Of a DNA stretch of 64,000 nt, positions 43,936 to 51,878 are shown in pieces; position 1 is the first letter of the stretch, and each line of letters opens with the position of its first letter. The translations under genes and the position numbers were made by a program. The stretch is from Vicinamibacterales bacterium (lineage in GTDB: Bacteria; Acidobacteriota; Vicinamibacteria; Vicinamibacterales; UBA2999), in NCBI GenBank assembly GCA_035649635.1, contig DASRJE010000208.1, positions 1 to 64,000 on the forward strand. The letters run 5' to 3'. Below the pieces are notes generated by a model, which was given only the letters and a program-made list of their open reading frames with translations, searched no databases and was not told the DNA's origin.

Positions 43936-46080
43936 CTACTTCGCGAGCGGGTCGGGACGCATCTGGAACTTCATCACCTTGCTCGTCGTCCCTTTGCCCG
44001 TCTCCATGTGGAACGGCGTTCTGGTCGATATCGTCGTCCAGATGCCGCGACCCTTCCATCCGGCGTTGGGATCATCGATACGGCCGTCCATCCACTTCGT
44101 GTAGAACCCAAGCGGATACGGCACGCGCATGGTGACGAACTTGCCGTCTTTCAACGCCAGCAGTGCTTCAGTCGCGTTCCCGGTGTTGATCGGCACGTTG
44201 CGCCCCAGTCCCAGCGTGTCGAACTGATCGACCCACGTGTAGTAGCTCCCTTCCGTGCTTCCGGAATCGGTGACGTTCTTGAACTGCGGCGCCGGCTCCG
44301 TGTAGAAAGTCCAGCCTTCGGGACAATGCAGACCGCTGGCTTTCGGACCGTTCAGCGCGCCTTTGCACTTGCGGCGATCGAAGCTCGCGAGATGGCCGCT
44401 TGCCATGGCCGCCCAGTACACGCCGTTGCGATCGACGTCACCGCCGCGCGGTGAGAATCCCTTGTCGACGGGAGGTTGATAGATCTCCACGAGCGCCGTG
44501 TCTGGGGGATTCGACCCGGGCGCGAGTCTGATGAGAGCTCCCGGATACCCGAGCTGCGTGCCCCACACCGAACCGTCAGGCGCCGGCGCCACGGCGTAGA
44601 GCGCACCGCCTATGCGCTGATCCTTGCTCGGGTCGAGCGGCTGATCCGGTTCGGTATACGCGTCGCGTTTTCCGTTTCCGTTGGCGTCCCTGATGAGAGC
44701 CGTCCAGCCCTGCGACTTCATCTCGTCCTGCGTCTCGTCGAACATCTTCGTGTTGAGCCATCCGATCACCTGTCCGCCGCCGCTGGTCCACAACGTGTGG
44801 TTCGCGTCCTCGGCGAACATCAGGTGATGGGTTCCGAAGCAGGTGCTGATGTGAGTCAGCTTCTTCGTCGCCGGGTCGTACACGGCTAGGTGGCGGCCCG
44901 CGTTTTCCACGGGGAAGAGTTTCGCAGAGGGGTGGCTCGAGCCGGTCTTGCACTCAGGCGGATTCGCTGCGGGCCGTACCGTCGAGGTCAGCCACACCCG
45001 TCCTTTGTGATCGAGCATCGGGTTGTGGACGTTGTTCTTGCTGGTCCAGATCACCTCGTCCGCCCAGTACGGCGACGGCTCCGGCATCGCGGGATTCGTC
45101 GGGGGAGTCTTGGGGTCTCTTACCGTCAGCGGCACCTGGCTCGCCGTGTTGGTAACCGGATTCAACACCGGCACGTAGTCGGCACTGAGTTCAAGCGCTC
45201 CGTACACCGGCCCATTCGGATTGACGCGCGGATTCCTCCGGTCGGTCGAGACGACGTCGTGCAGGTATGCCTTGGGATCGGCCCAGTCCCACTGCGTGAT
45301 GACGACGTTTCGCTCGATCCCCTGCGGACGTTGCGGCGCCGGTGGAACCTCGCCGGCACGGACCCGATCGGTCCAGTCCGCGAACATCTTCAAGACGCGC
45401 GCGCGGCCGAAATTATTCAGTTGGCCAGTCATCTGCCCGCCAGCCTGCCCGGACTTCACGCGACGATCCCAGGCCGCGACGGTGTTGGGGAATGAACCGA
45501 GCGCCGCCGGGATTTCCCTCGTGCCCTTGGTGCCGAGCGCATGACACGCAGTGCAGCCTCCTGATTTCACGCTGCGGATCCAATCGCCCTGGCTCTTCAT
45601 GTTCGGCGAGATCCCGTTGCCGCTGTCGCCAGTGCCCGGGAACTCGCTCTTGGCCGGCATCTCCATCAACGCCAGCCAGTGTGCGGCCGGATAGTAATGT
45701 GCCGCCTCCGCCGGAGAACTCGCTTTCACGGCACGAAGGGCAAGGCTCTTGCCCGGAGTTGCCTGAACCTTCGGGGAGTCGACCAGCCCGTATCCGCGCA
45801 CCCAGACGCGGTAACTGGCCTTGGGTAGATCGGGCACCAGATAACGTCCGCGATCGTCGGTGACGACAATCCGCGCGAACGGTGTGGGCAGGTCGGTCGT
45901 TTCGGCAACGACCCAGACACCGGCCTCGGGCCCGGACGGCCCGGTTACCGTTCCTGCCAGGTCGTCGTTGTCGATCGCGATCGCGTCGTTCGATGTTTGC
46001 GCGGCACGGGTACCACTCACGATTCCCGCCCAGACCATGAGTCCGATAATGATTCCGAGGGTCAGTGGTTTTTTCGCCAT
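43936..46080 (-). CDS. Secreted protein with N-terminal carboxypeptidase-regulatory-like domain and a CxxCH heme-binding motif
   Basis: Start MAKKPLTLGIIIGLMVWAGIVSG (signal). CarbopepD_reg-like segment VVAETTDLPTPFARIVVTDDRGRYLVPDLPKASYRVWVRGYG. Single heme motif GGCTACHALG. Confidence 0.65.
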   Translation of the reverse strand: MAKKPLTLGIIIGLMVWAGIVSGTRAAQTSNDAIAIDNDDLAGTVTGPSGPEAGVWVVAETTDLPTPFARIVVTDDRGRYLVPDLPKASYRVWVRGYGLVDSPKVQATPGKSLALRAVKASSPAEAAHYYPAAHWLALMEMPAKSEFPGTGDSGNGISPNMKSQGDWIRSVKSGGCTACHALGTKGTREIPAALGSFPNTVAAWDRRVKSGQAGGQMTGQLNNFGRARVLKMFADWTDRVRAGEVPPAPQRPQGIERNVVITQWDWADPKAYLHDVVSTDRRNPRVNPNGPVYGALELSADYVPVLNPVTNTASQVPLTVRDPKTPPTNPAMPEPSPYWADEVIWTSKNNVHNPMLDHKGRVWLTSTVRPAANPPECKTGSSHPSAKLFPVENAGRHLAVYDPATKKLTHISTCFGTHHLMFAEDANHTLWTSGGGQVIGWLNTKMFDETQDEMKSQGWTALIRDANGNGKRDAYTEPDQPLDPSKDQRIGGALYAVAPAPDGSVWGTQLGYPGALIRLAPGSNPPDTALVEIYQPPVDKGFSPRGGDVDRNGVYWAAMASGHLASFDRRKCKGALNGPKASGLHCPEGWTFYTEPAPQFKNVTDSGSTEGSYYTWVDQFDTLGLGRNVPINTGNATEALLALKDGKFVTMRVPYPLGFYTKWMDGRIDDPNAGWKGRGIWTTISTRTPFHMETGKGTTSKVMKFQMRPDPLAK

Positions 46081-46336
46081 GATGCTCTCGCCTTTCGTGC
46101 GGCTGTCCACTAATCCGCGAGCCAGATGGAGTTGGAGGTTGCGGCGTTAATGCGCTCAGCGCCGCCTGAGGATATCGCAGGTGGCTACGGCAGCCAACTC
46201 ATCGTGTGGGGGCTCACCAGCCTGTTGACTGCGTAATTCTCACGGTCTCAGACTACGGTTCGCCTTCAGCAGGGGCGGGTGTAGCCGCAAGAGCAAGGAA
46301 GAAGAAGCGGAGGCGAAGGACGACGATCGACCGTGA

Positions 46337-46708
46337 TTATTTGGGCTTCGCCGGCACGGCCCTGTACACCGTGTTGACCGTGCCTCCCGGGAACCATGCC
46401 GCCGCGCCCTCGGGAATTGACGACGTGTAGGTGAGCGTCCAGGTCGAGCCCTCAGTTACCGTCTCGGCGAATGTGGGCCCTGAGCGGCCCGAACCAAGAC
46501 AGGCGTCGCACGGACCACCGGCGTTGAAGGCGAACTGCACGAAAATTGCCGGACCGCTGGCCGGCGTCACCGTTGCGATTCGCGTCTTCGGATCGACTTT
46601 GCTGATCACGCCAGTGATCGTCTTTTCGTCGCCGGCGGCTCGGGCGAGCACAGCGACAAGGAGCAGACCAACGACCACGCCCGCTGCAACGGTCTTGTTC
46701 GTTTTCAT
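46337..46708 (-). CDS. Small secreted hypothetical protein
   Basis: MKTNKTVAAGVVVGLLLVAVLARAAG is a signal peptide. No recognisable domain. Confidence 0.45.
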   Translation of the reverse strand: MKTNKTVAAGVVVGLLLVAVLARAAGDEKTITGVISKVDPKTRIATVTPASGPAIFVQFAFNAGGPCDACLGSGRSGPTFAETVTEGSTWTLTYTSSIPEGAAAWFPGGTVNTVYRAVPAKPK

Positions 46709-46844
46709 CACCCTGCTCCCGTGTTGACGAGGTCCCGGCACGGTGCTAGCCTCGAACGCCCCTTGCTGATTCGACGAGGATTATAGAGAAATGTCGAGAA
46801 TTAGGCGACGACGCGTTGGATGGTCGCGCTGTCGTCGTGGAGCG

Positions 46845-47345
46845 ATGATCCTCCAGTTCGCCGTGGTCGCGGCGGGCGCTTTCCCCCGTGCCGCGTGGGC
46901 GGAGTGTTCCCTGGAGAACGTCGCCAGTGCCCAGGAGATCGCGGCCGGCTGGACCATCCACGAAGATCGCCGTATCGTCAAACAGGTGGACAGCGCTCCC
47001 TACGAACAGGGTGGCCGCGGCAATTGGTTTGTCGACCGCGAAACGACGACGCTCCCCATGTGCAGTGTGTTTGACGACCTTGGAGGCTACAGCCTCCGCT
47101 CGTACATGTTGCAGCCTATCGCCACCAAGACACAGGTCAAGATCTGTCAGGCGACCGCGGCTGGCGGCAGCGAGCCGTTCGTTCCGCCAGATGCGAAGCC
47201 CCGGCCCGCTGACACTGCGCACGAGGTCTATCAGCCGTACAACCGTCCATACGCCGGCTCTTGTCCACCGGCCCGACCCTCTTCCGCCCGGGCTACCAGA
47301 TCGAAGAAAGGACGCAGGCGACGGCTTTTGACTTTTGACCTTTGA
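46845..47345 (+). CDS. Hypothetical secreted protein
   Basis: MILQFAVVAAGAFPRAAWAECS... The start is uncertain (ORF begins at 46791). No domain recognised. Confidence 0.35.
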   Translation: MILQFAVVAAGAFPRAAWAECSLENVASAQEIAAGWTIHEDRRIVKQVDSAPYEQGGRGNWFVDRETTTLPMCSVFDDLGGYSLRSYMLQPIATKTQVKICQATAAGGSEPFVPPDAKPRPADTAHEVYQPYNRPYAGSCPPARPSSARATRSKKGRRRRLLTFDL

Positions 47346-47361
47346 CCTCGAGCGAAGCGAA

Positions 47362-49044
47362 CTACTTCGCCTCGAGGCCTCCGGTGATGCCTTCCACCTG
47401 GTGCCCGATCGCGACCTTTCTCATGCGCGCGATTTCGGCCGGCGTGGCGACCTTGGGATCGACGTTGGCCTGCGCGCACGTGAATCCACGCAGCGTACAC
47501 TCCGACGTCGTGTGGGTGATGCCTTTCTCTTTCATCAGGCGGAACATCAGGGCGACGGCGTCCTCGTGAATGATGACGGCGTTGTTCGGCACGAACGTGC
47601 CGACGCCGATGGCATAGTCGACAGGCATCAGCGGTTCGACGCTCGCGCCAAAGGCGCCGTCATTCTTCTTGCCCAGATCGTAGGCGCCGAGGTCGGCGCC
47701 GACGTCGACGAGGTACTGAATGATGGCGGTGTCGCCCATGTTGCCGGCCACCATCAGCGGCGTGATTCCGTAGTTATCGGCCTGGTTCACATCAGCCCCG
47801 AGACCGACGAACAACTTGACGACCTCCAGCCGTTCTGCCGCCGCCTTCCCCTTGCTGTACCCCTGGATGAATCCCAATCCAGCGGCCGCCTCGATCATCG
47901 TCTCGCCATCACTGGAGACGATCTTCGGGTCCGCGCCGTACGACAGCAGCAGTTTCGCCAGCTCGAGATCGGCCGAGAACGCGGCGCGCATCAATGCCGT
48001 CGCAAACACGATGCGCGGCGATCCGGCGCGCATGCGGGCGCGCGGCGTGTTGTTGACGAGCGCGTTCGGGTTGGCGCCCGCATCGAGCAGTTTCTTGATG
48101 AGCGGCAACGGATCGGCGGTGATCATCCACGGGAAGTTCGGCGCCGTTTCCATGTTGCGTCGATCCACTGCCCAGAACAACGGGGTGAAGCCCTGCGTGT
48201 CGGCGTGGTTGACGTCCGACTTACTGTCGATGAGGAATGCCGCGAGGTCGTAGTTGCCGTTGAAGATCGCGAGCCCAAGCGCATCCTTGCCGTCGCCGGC
48301 GATGGTGTTGACGTCGGCGCCCGCACGCACGAGCAGGTCTGCTGATTCGAGATCGCCTTCGCGTGCCGCGAACATCAGCGGCGTCAGCCAGCCGCTGGCA
48401 AACTCCTCGACCTTCTGTTCGGCTTTCGGAGCGGCGGGCGTCCGGCCTTCGAAACCGCGTCCGTTGGCAGCAGCGACGAAGTTGGATCGGGCGTTGGCGT
48501 CGGCGCCGTGATCCAGGAGCAGCTTGACCGCGGGAGCATGCTGTTCGGACACGGCCCACATCAGTGCCGTGGTACCACCCCACGATTCCTTCGCGTTGAC
48601 GTTCGCGCCGGCCTCGAGCAGGACCGTGATCGCATTGGGCGTGCCGGTCCGCGCAGCCATCATCAGTGCCGTGTCGCCGGAAGGAGTGAGCGCGGCATTC
48701 GGGTTGGCGCCCGCCTTGAGCAGTTTGTCGATCATCGCCGCGCTGCCGTTCATCGCTGCGAGCTGCAGCGGCGTGACGCCTTCACGATTGGCGGCCGAGA
48801 CGCGGGCACCGGATTGGAGCAGCAGATCGGCTGTGTCGAGGTCGTCGTAGCGTACCGCCCAATGCAACGCGGTGGTACCGTCGACTTGTGGCGCGTTGAC
48901 GTCGGCCTTCTTCTGCAGCAGCGAACGAACGCTCTGGCCGTTGCGCGACATCGCTGCGTCTGCCACCTCACTGGTAGCCGCGCTGGCGCTGACCGCCGAG
49001 AGCGACATCGCAGCAAGGCACCCAATCAAGTGGCGGATTGACAT
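47362..49044 (-). CDS. Secreted ankyrin-repeat protein (~10 ANK repeats) with a C-terminal non-ANK domain
   Basis: Signal MSIRHLIGCLAAMSLSAVSASA. Repeated motifs such as GTTALHWAVRYDDLDTADLLLQSGARV and GVTPLQLAAMNGSAAMIDKLLKAGANPNA. Confidence 0.8.
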   Translation of the reverse strand: MSIRHLIGCLAAMSLSAVSASAATSEVADAAMSRNGQSVRSLLQKKADVNAPQVDGTTALHWAVRYDDLDTADLLLQSGARVSAANREGVTPLQLAAMNGSAAMIDKLLKAGANPNAALTPSGDTALMMAARTGTPNAITVLLEAGANVNAKESWGGTTALMWAVSEQHAPAVKLLLDHGADANARSNFVAAANGRGFEGRTPAAPKAEQKVEEFASGWLTPLMFAAREGDLESADLLVRAGADVNTIAGDGKDALGLAIFNGNYDLAAFLIDSKSDVNHADTQGFTPLFWAVDRRNMETAPNFPWMITADPLPLIKKLLDAGANPNALVNNTPRARMRAGSPRIVFATALMRAAFSADLELAKLLLSYGADPKIVSSDGETMIEAAAGLGFIQGYSKGKAAAERLEVVKLFVGLGADVNQADNYGITPLMVAGNMGDTAIIQYLVDVGADLGAYDLGKKNDGAFGASVEPLMPVDYAIGVGTFVPNNAVIIHEDAVALMFRLMKEKGITHTTSECTLRGFTCAQANVDPKVATPAEIARMRKVAIGHQVEGITGGLEAK

Positions 49045-49114
49045 GACGTCTCTCTTCAAGGACAGCGTGTGTGATTTTTGCAACCATCACGATCGAAAAT
49101 CACACCCGGTGTTT

Positions 49115-49927
49115 TCATGACCGTTTCACGTTCTGCAGAATGACCGGCGCCGCAGCGTAGTTCTCGAGAGCAATTGTCTTCGCGTCGTTGTCGATGATGA
49201 CCTTGGACGTGAGCGACGTTTTGCCTTCACCGAGTCCCTTGGCGTTGAGCCGAAGCTCGATGACGGTGAACTCGTAATCGGTAGCGGGCTCGCTGCCAGT
49301 GGGCTTCCATTGCGGCGACTGCGCGCCCAGGGCGCGAGTGGTTGCCAGGATGATGCGTTCTCCGCCGGCCGGAATGGGCGCGCGCCACGCGTACTTGATC
49401 GAGTAGCCGGTCACTTCGTCGGTCCAGATGTAGCCGATCGTCGGCGCCTTGCTGATGGCGCCGGTCAGCGCCGCGATCGGGCTGATCGGAGCGGCGGCGT
49501 CACCGCGTCCGCCGCGGCCTCCTCCACGGCCGCCGCGTCCGCCTGCACGTCCCCGCGCCGCGCCTCCGCGTTCGGCGCCGGCCGGTGCCGCATCCGTCGG
49601 CGGGGCTGCCGGCGCTGGTGCGGCCGCCGGCGGTGCTTCGGCAGCAGGGGGTGGTGCAGCAGCGGGCGGGGGTGGAGCAGGGGGTGGATTCAGCGCCGCG
49701 ACGATCGGCGCTCGCTCCTCGTCGGTAGACCAACGCAGCAGTTTGATGTTCACCGGGCTACCCGGCTGACCCACGTTTGCCGTTGTCGCGGAGAGACTCA
49801 CTTGCGGCGTCGTCTGCGCCTGCGGAATCGCGACAATGAAAGCGAGGATCAGTGTCAGGCCCGCAGACCGTTGCCCGTAGTCCATAGTCATTGATTCGGA
49901 TTCGTTCCCTTGACTCGACCCAGCCAT
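49115..49927 (-). CDS. Secreted hypothetical protein with Pro/Ala-rich and RGG low-complexity region
   Basis: ORF 49115..49927 (-), 270 aa. Low-complexity stretches PPPAPPPPAAAPPPAAEAPPAAAPAPAAPP and GRAGGRGGRGGGRGGRG. N-terminal hydrophobic segment; start uncertain. Confidence 0.5.
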   Translation of the reverse strand: MAGSSQGNESESMTMDYGQRSAGLTLILAFIVAIPQAQTTPQVSLSATTANVGQPGSPVNIKLLRWSTDEERAPIVAALNPPPAPPPPAAAPPPAAEAPPAAAPAPAAPPTDAAPAGAERGGAARGRAGGRGGRGGGRGGRGDAAAPISPIAALTGAISKAPTIGYIWTDEVTGYSIKYAWRAPIPAGGERIILATTRALGAQSPQWKPTGSEPATDYEFTVIELRLNAKGLGEGKTSLTSKVIIDNDAKTIALENYAAAPVILQNVKRS

Positions 49928-50451
49928 TCGACCAGCCGCTCCAGCTCTTCGTCGGTCAACCTCGCGCCGCGTTCCCGCATGTCGACGGTGACGACGCGCC
50001 AGCGATCCGGGCTGAAGCGCGCGTCGTTAACCCGATCGAGAGTATGGCAGGCCGTGCTGCACGACCGATTCAATACTGCTTGCGCCTCCGCATCCGAGAA
50101 GAACGTGGTGATTTCGGGCGCGACGTACGTCCTTGGAAATGGTTTTGTCCCGGGCCCGAATTTCGTGACGAGCCAGCCGACGAGGAGCTCGCGGTCGGCG
50201 TCAGCGATCCCGACCTTCACATCCTTGTGTTTGGTCTCGATGAGCGATTTCCATCCCGCGTTGTCCAGCGCAAAGAACGCGTAATCGTCGATGCCGTGGC
50301 ACGACACACAGTTCTTGAAGATCACCTGCCTCACGGCACCCTGAGGCGGTTGCACTTGCGGCCTCGTTGGGCGGCCGGCGAGTTGTGCCGAGATAGGCAT
50401 TGAACACACGGTGAAGTACACGCAGATCGCGAAGAGAACGACACCCTTCAT
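49888..50451 (-). CDS. Diheme c-type cytochrome
   Basis: ORF 49888..50451 (-), 187 aa. Signal peptide. Two heme motifs, CVSCHG and CSTACH. Confidence 0.7.
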   Translation of the reverse strand: MKGVVLFAICVYFTVCSMPISAQLAGRPTRPQVQPPQGAVRQVIFKNCVSCHGIDDYAFFALDNAGWKSLIETKHKDVKVGIADADRELLVGWLVTKFGPGTKPFPRTYVAPEITTFFSDAEAQAVLNRSCSTACHTLDRVNDARFSPDRWRVVTVDMRERGARLTDEELERLVEWLGRVKGTNPNQ

Positions 50452-51800
50452 GCGATCTCCAGCGGCTCGATGCCCGGCAACGGACCGGTGCTCGTCCCGA
50501 GCTTGTCCTGCGCCACGCCGTACAGATGGAGCAGGCTCAGGAGCATGTTCGACGTGCGCTGCTTGTTATCCGGGAATACCAGATGTCGATTGCCCTTGAA
50601 GGTGCCATCGAGGCCGCCGGCGAGAATCACCGGCACCTTCTCGTGCGCATGGCGATGGGAGTTGCCCATGTTGCTGCCCTTGTAAATCAGCACATGGTCG
50701 AGCAAGTTGCCGTCGCCGTCCGGGATGTTGCGCAGCTTGTCGCAGAAGTACGCGACGTTCTGGACGTGGTAGCGATTGACCTTTGCGTAGTTGGCCACGT
50801 TCTCCGGCTTGTCGCCGTGATGCGAGGAGCCGTGCCATCCGCCGTTGAAGCCTGATTCGGGGAAGCTCGTCCCCGTGAGATCGCGTCCGAGCATGAACGT
50901 CGCCGAGCGCGTGATATCTCCCTCGAACGCCAGCGCCATCAGGTCGTACATCAGCCTGAAGTGGACGTGCTTGCTCTCCGGCAGGCCGAACGGCACATCA
51001 CCGTTGGGCTCCTTCACTGCGTTGGTCATCGCAATCCGGATTCGCCGCTCGAGCTCGCGCACGTTGTCCACATAGGTGTCGAGCCTGGTTTGATCGCCGG
51101 CGCCAAGATCCTTTTTGAAGTGCGTGAGCTCGCGGGTCACGGAGTCGAGGATGCTCGCGTTCTGCCGGCGGCCGGCGAGCCGTTCTTCCGGGCTCGTGCC
51201 GTCGCCAAACAGCCGTTCGAACACGACCCGAGGGTTGACCTGCGTGGGAAGCGGCTGCGTCGGCGAGGACCACGAGATCGAGTTGGTGTACGCGCAGCTA
51301 TAGCCCCAATTGCAGTTGCCGAAGTTGCCGGTGTCCTCGACGCCCAACTGCATGGACGACAGGATCGTGTCCTGTCCGTACTGATTCGCGATGAGTTGAT
51401 CGATCGTCACGCCGAGGTACGGGCTGACGGCGTTGCGTCGCGGGCGGGCGCCAGACAACAGCACAGCGCCGCGAGCGTGATCGCCGCCGGGTTCCTCGTC
51501 GGTGGCCATGGCTTCTGGCATGTCGAGTCCGGTGATGAGCACGACACGATCGCGGAACGGCTCCAGCGGTTTCGTGATGAAGGAGAAGTCGAAGTCGCGA
51601 CCTTCCTGCACCGGGCTCCAATAACCTGGCGCCGCGCCGTGCGGATGCCAGATGCCAACGAAGCGCTTCACGGGCGCCGCAGCGGTCAGGCGTAGAGGTG
51701 TCATCGCTGGAAGCATCGACTCCAGCAGCGGAAGCGCGAGCGTGACGCCAGCACCACGAAGAAACGTTCGACGTGGAAGGTGCCGCTTGGTGACAAACAT
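50448..51800 (-). CDS. Tat-exported DUF1552-family protein (partner of DUF1592-family cytochrome-like proteins)
   Basis: ORF 50448..51800 (-), 450 aa. Tat motif PRRTFLRGAGVTLALPLL. His-rich conserved stretch GGWHGSSHHGDKPENVANYAKVNRYHV. Confidence 0.65.
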   Translation of the reverse strand: MFVTKRHLPRRTFLRGAGVTLALPLLESMLPAMTPLRLTAAAPVKRFVGIWHPHGAAPGYWSPVQEGRDFDFSFITKPLEPFRDRVVLITGLDMPEAMATDEEPGGDHARGAVLLSGARPRRNAVSPYLGVTIDQLIANQYGQDTILSSMQLGVEDTGNFGNCNWGYSCAYTNSISWSSPTQPLPTQVNPRVVFERLFGDGTSPEERLAGRRQNASILDSVTRELTHFKKDLGAGDQTRLDTYVDNVRELERRIRIAMTNAVKEPNGDVPFGLPESKHVHFRLMYDLMALAFEGDITRSATFMLGRDLTGTSFPESGFNGGWHGSSHHGDKPENVANYAKVNRYHVQNVAYFCDKLRNIPDGDGNLLDHVLIYKGSNMGNSHRHAHEKVPVILAGGLDGTFKGNRHLVFPDNKQRTSNMLLSLLHLYGVAQDKLGTSTGPLPGIEPLEIA

Positions 51801-51878
51801 CGATAATCTCCTGGCCCGCCGGGTCCGAAAAACAGGACCCGGCCTACGTTGCCTCCGTTAGGACCCGGCCTACGCTGT

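Noticed and set aside
49310-49894. + strand ORFs (e.g. 49310..49894, 49449..49769) in the Pro/Ala/RGG region
   Set aside because: Antisense to the secreted Pro-rich protein and the cytochrome gene. Low complexity caused by the GC-rich repeat.
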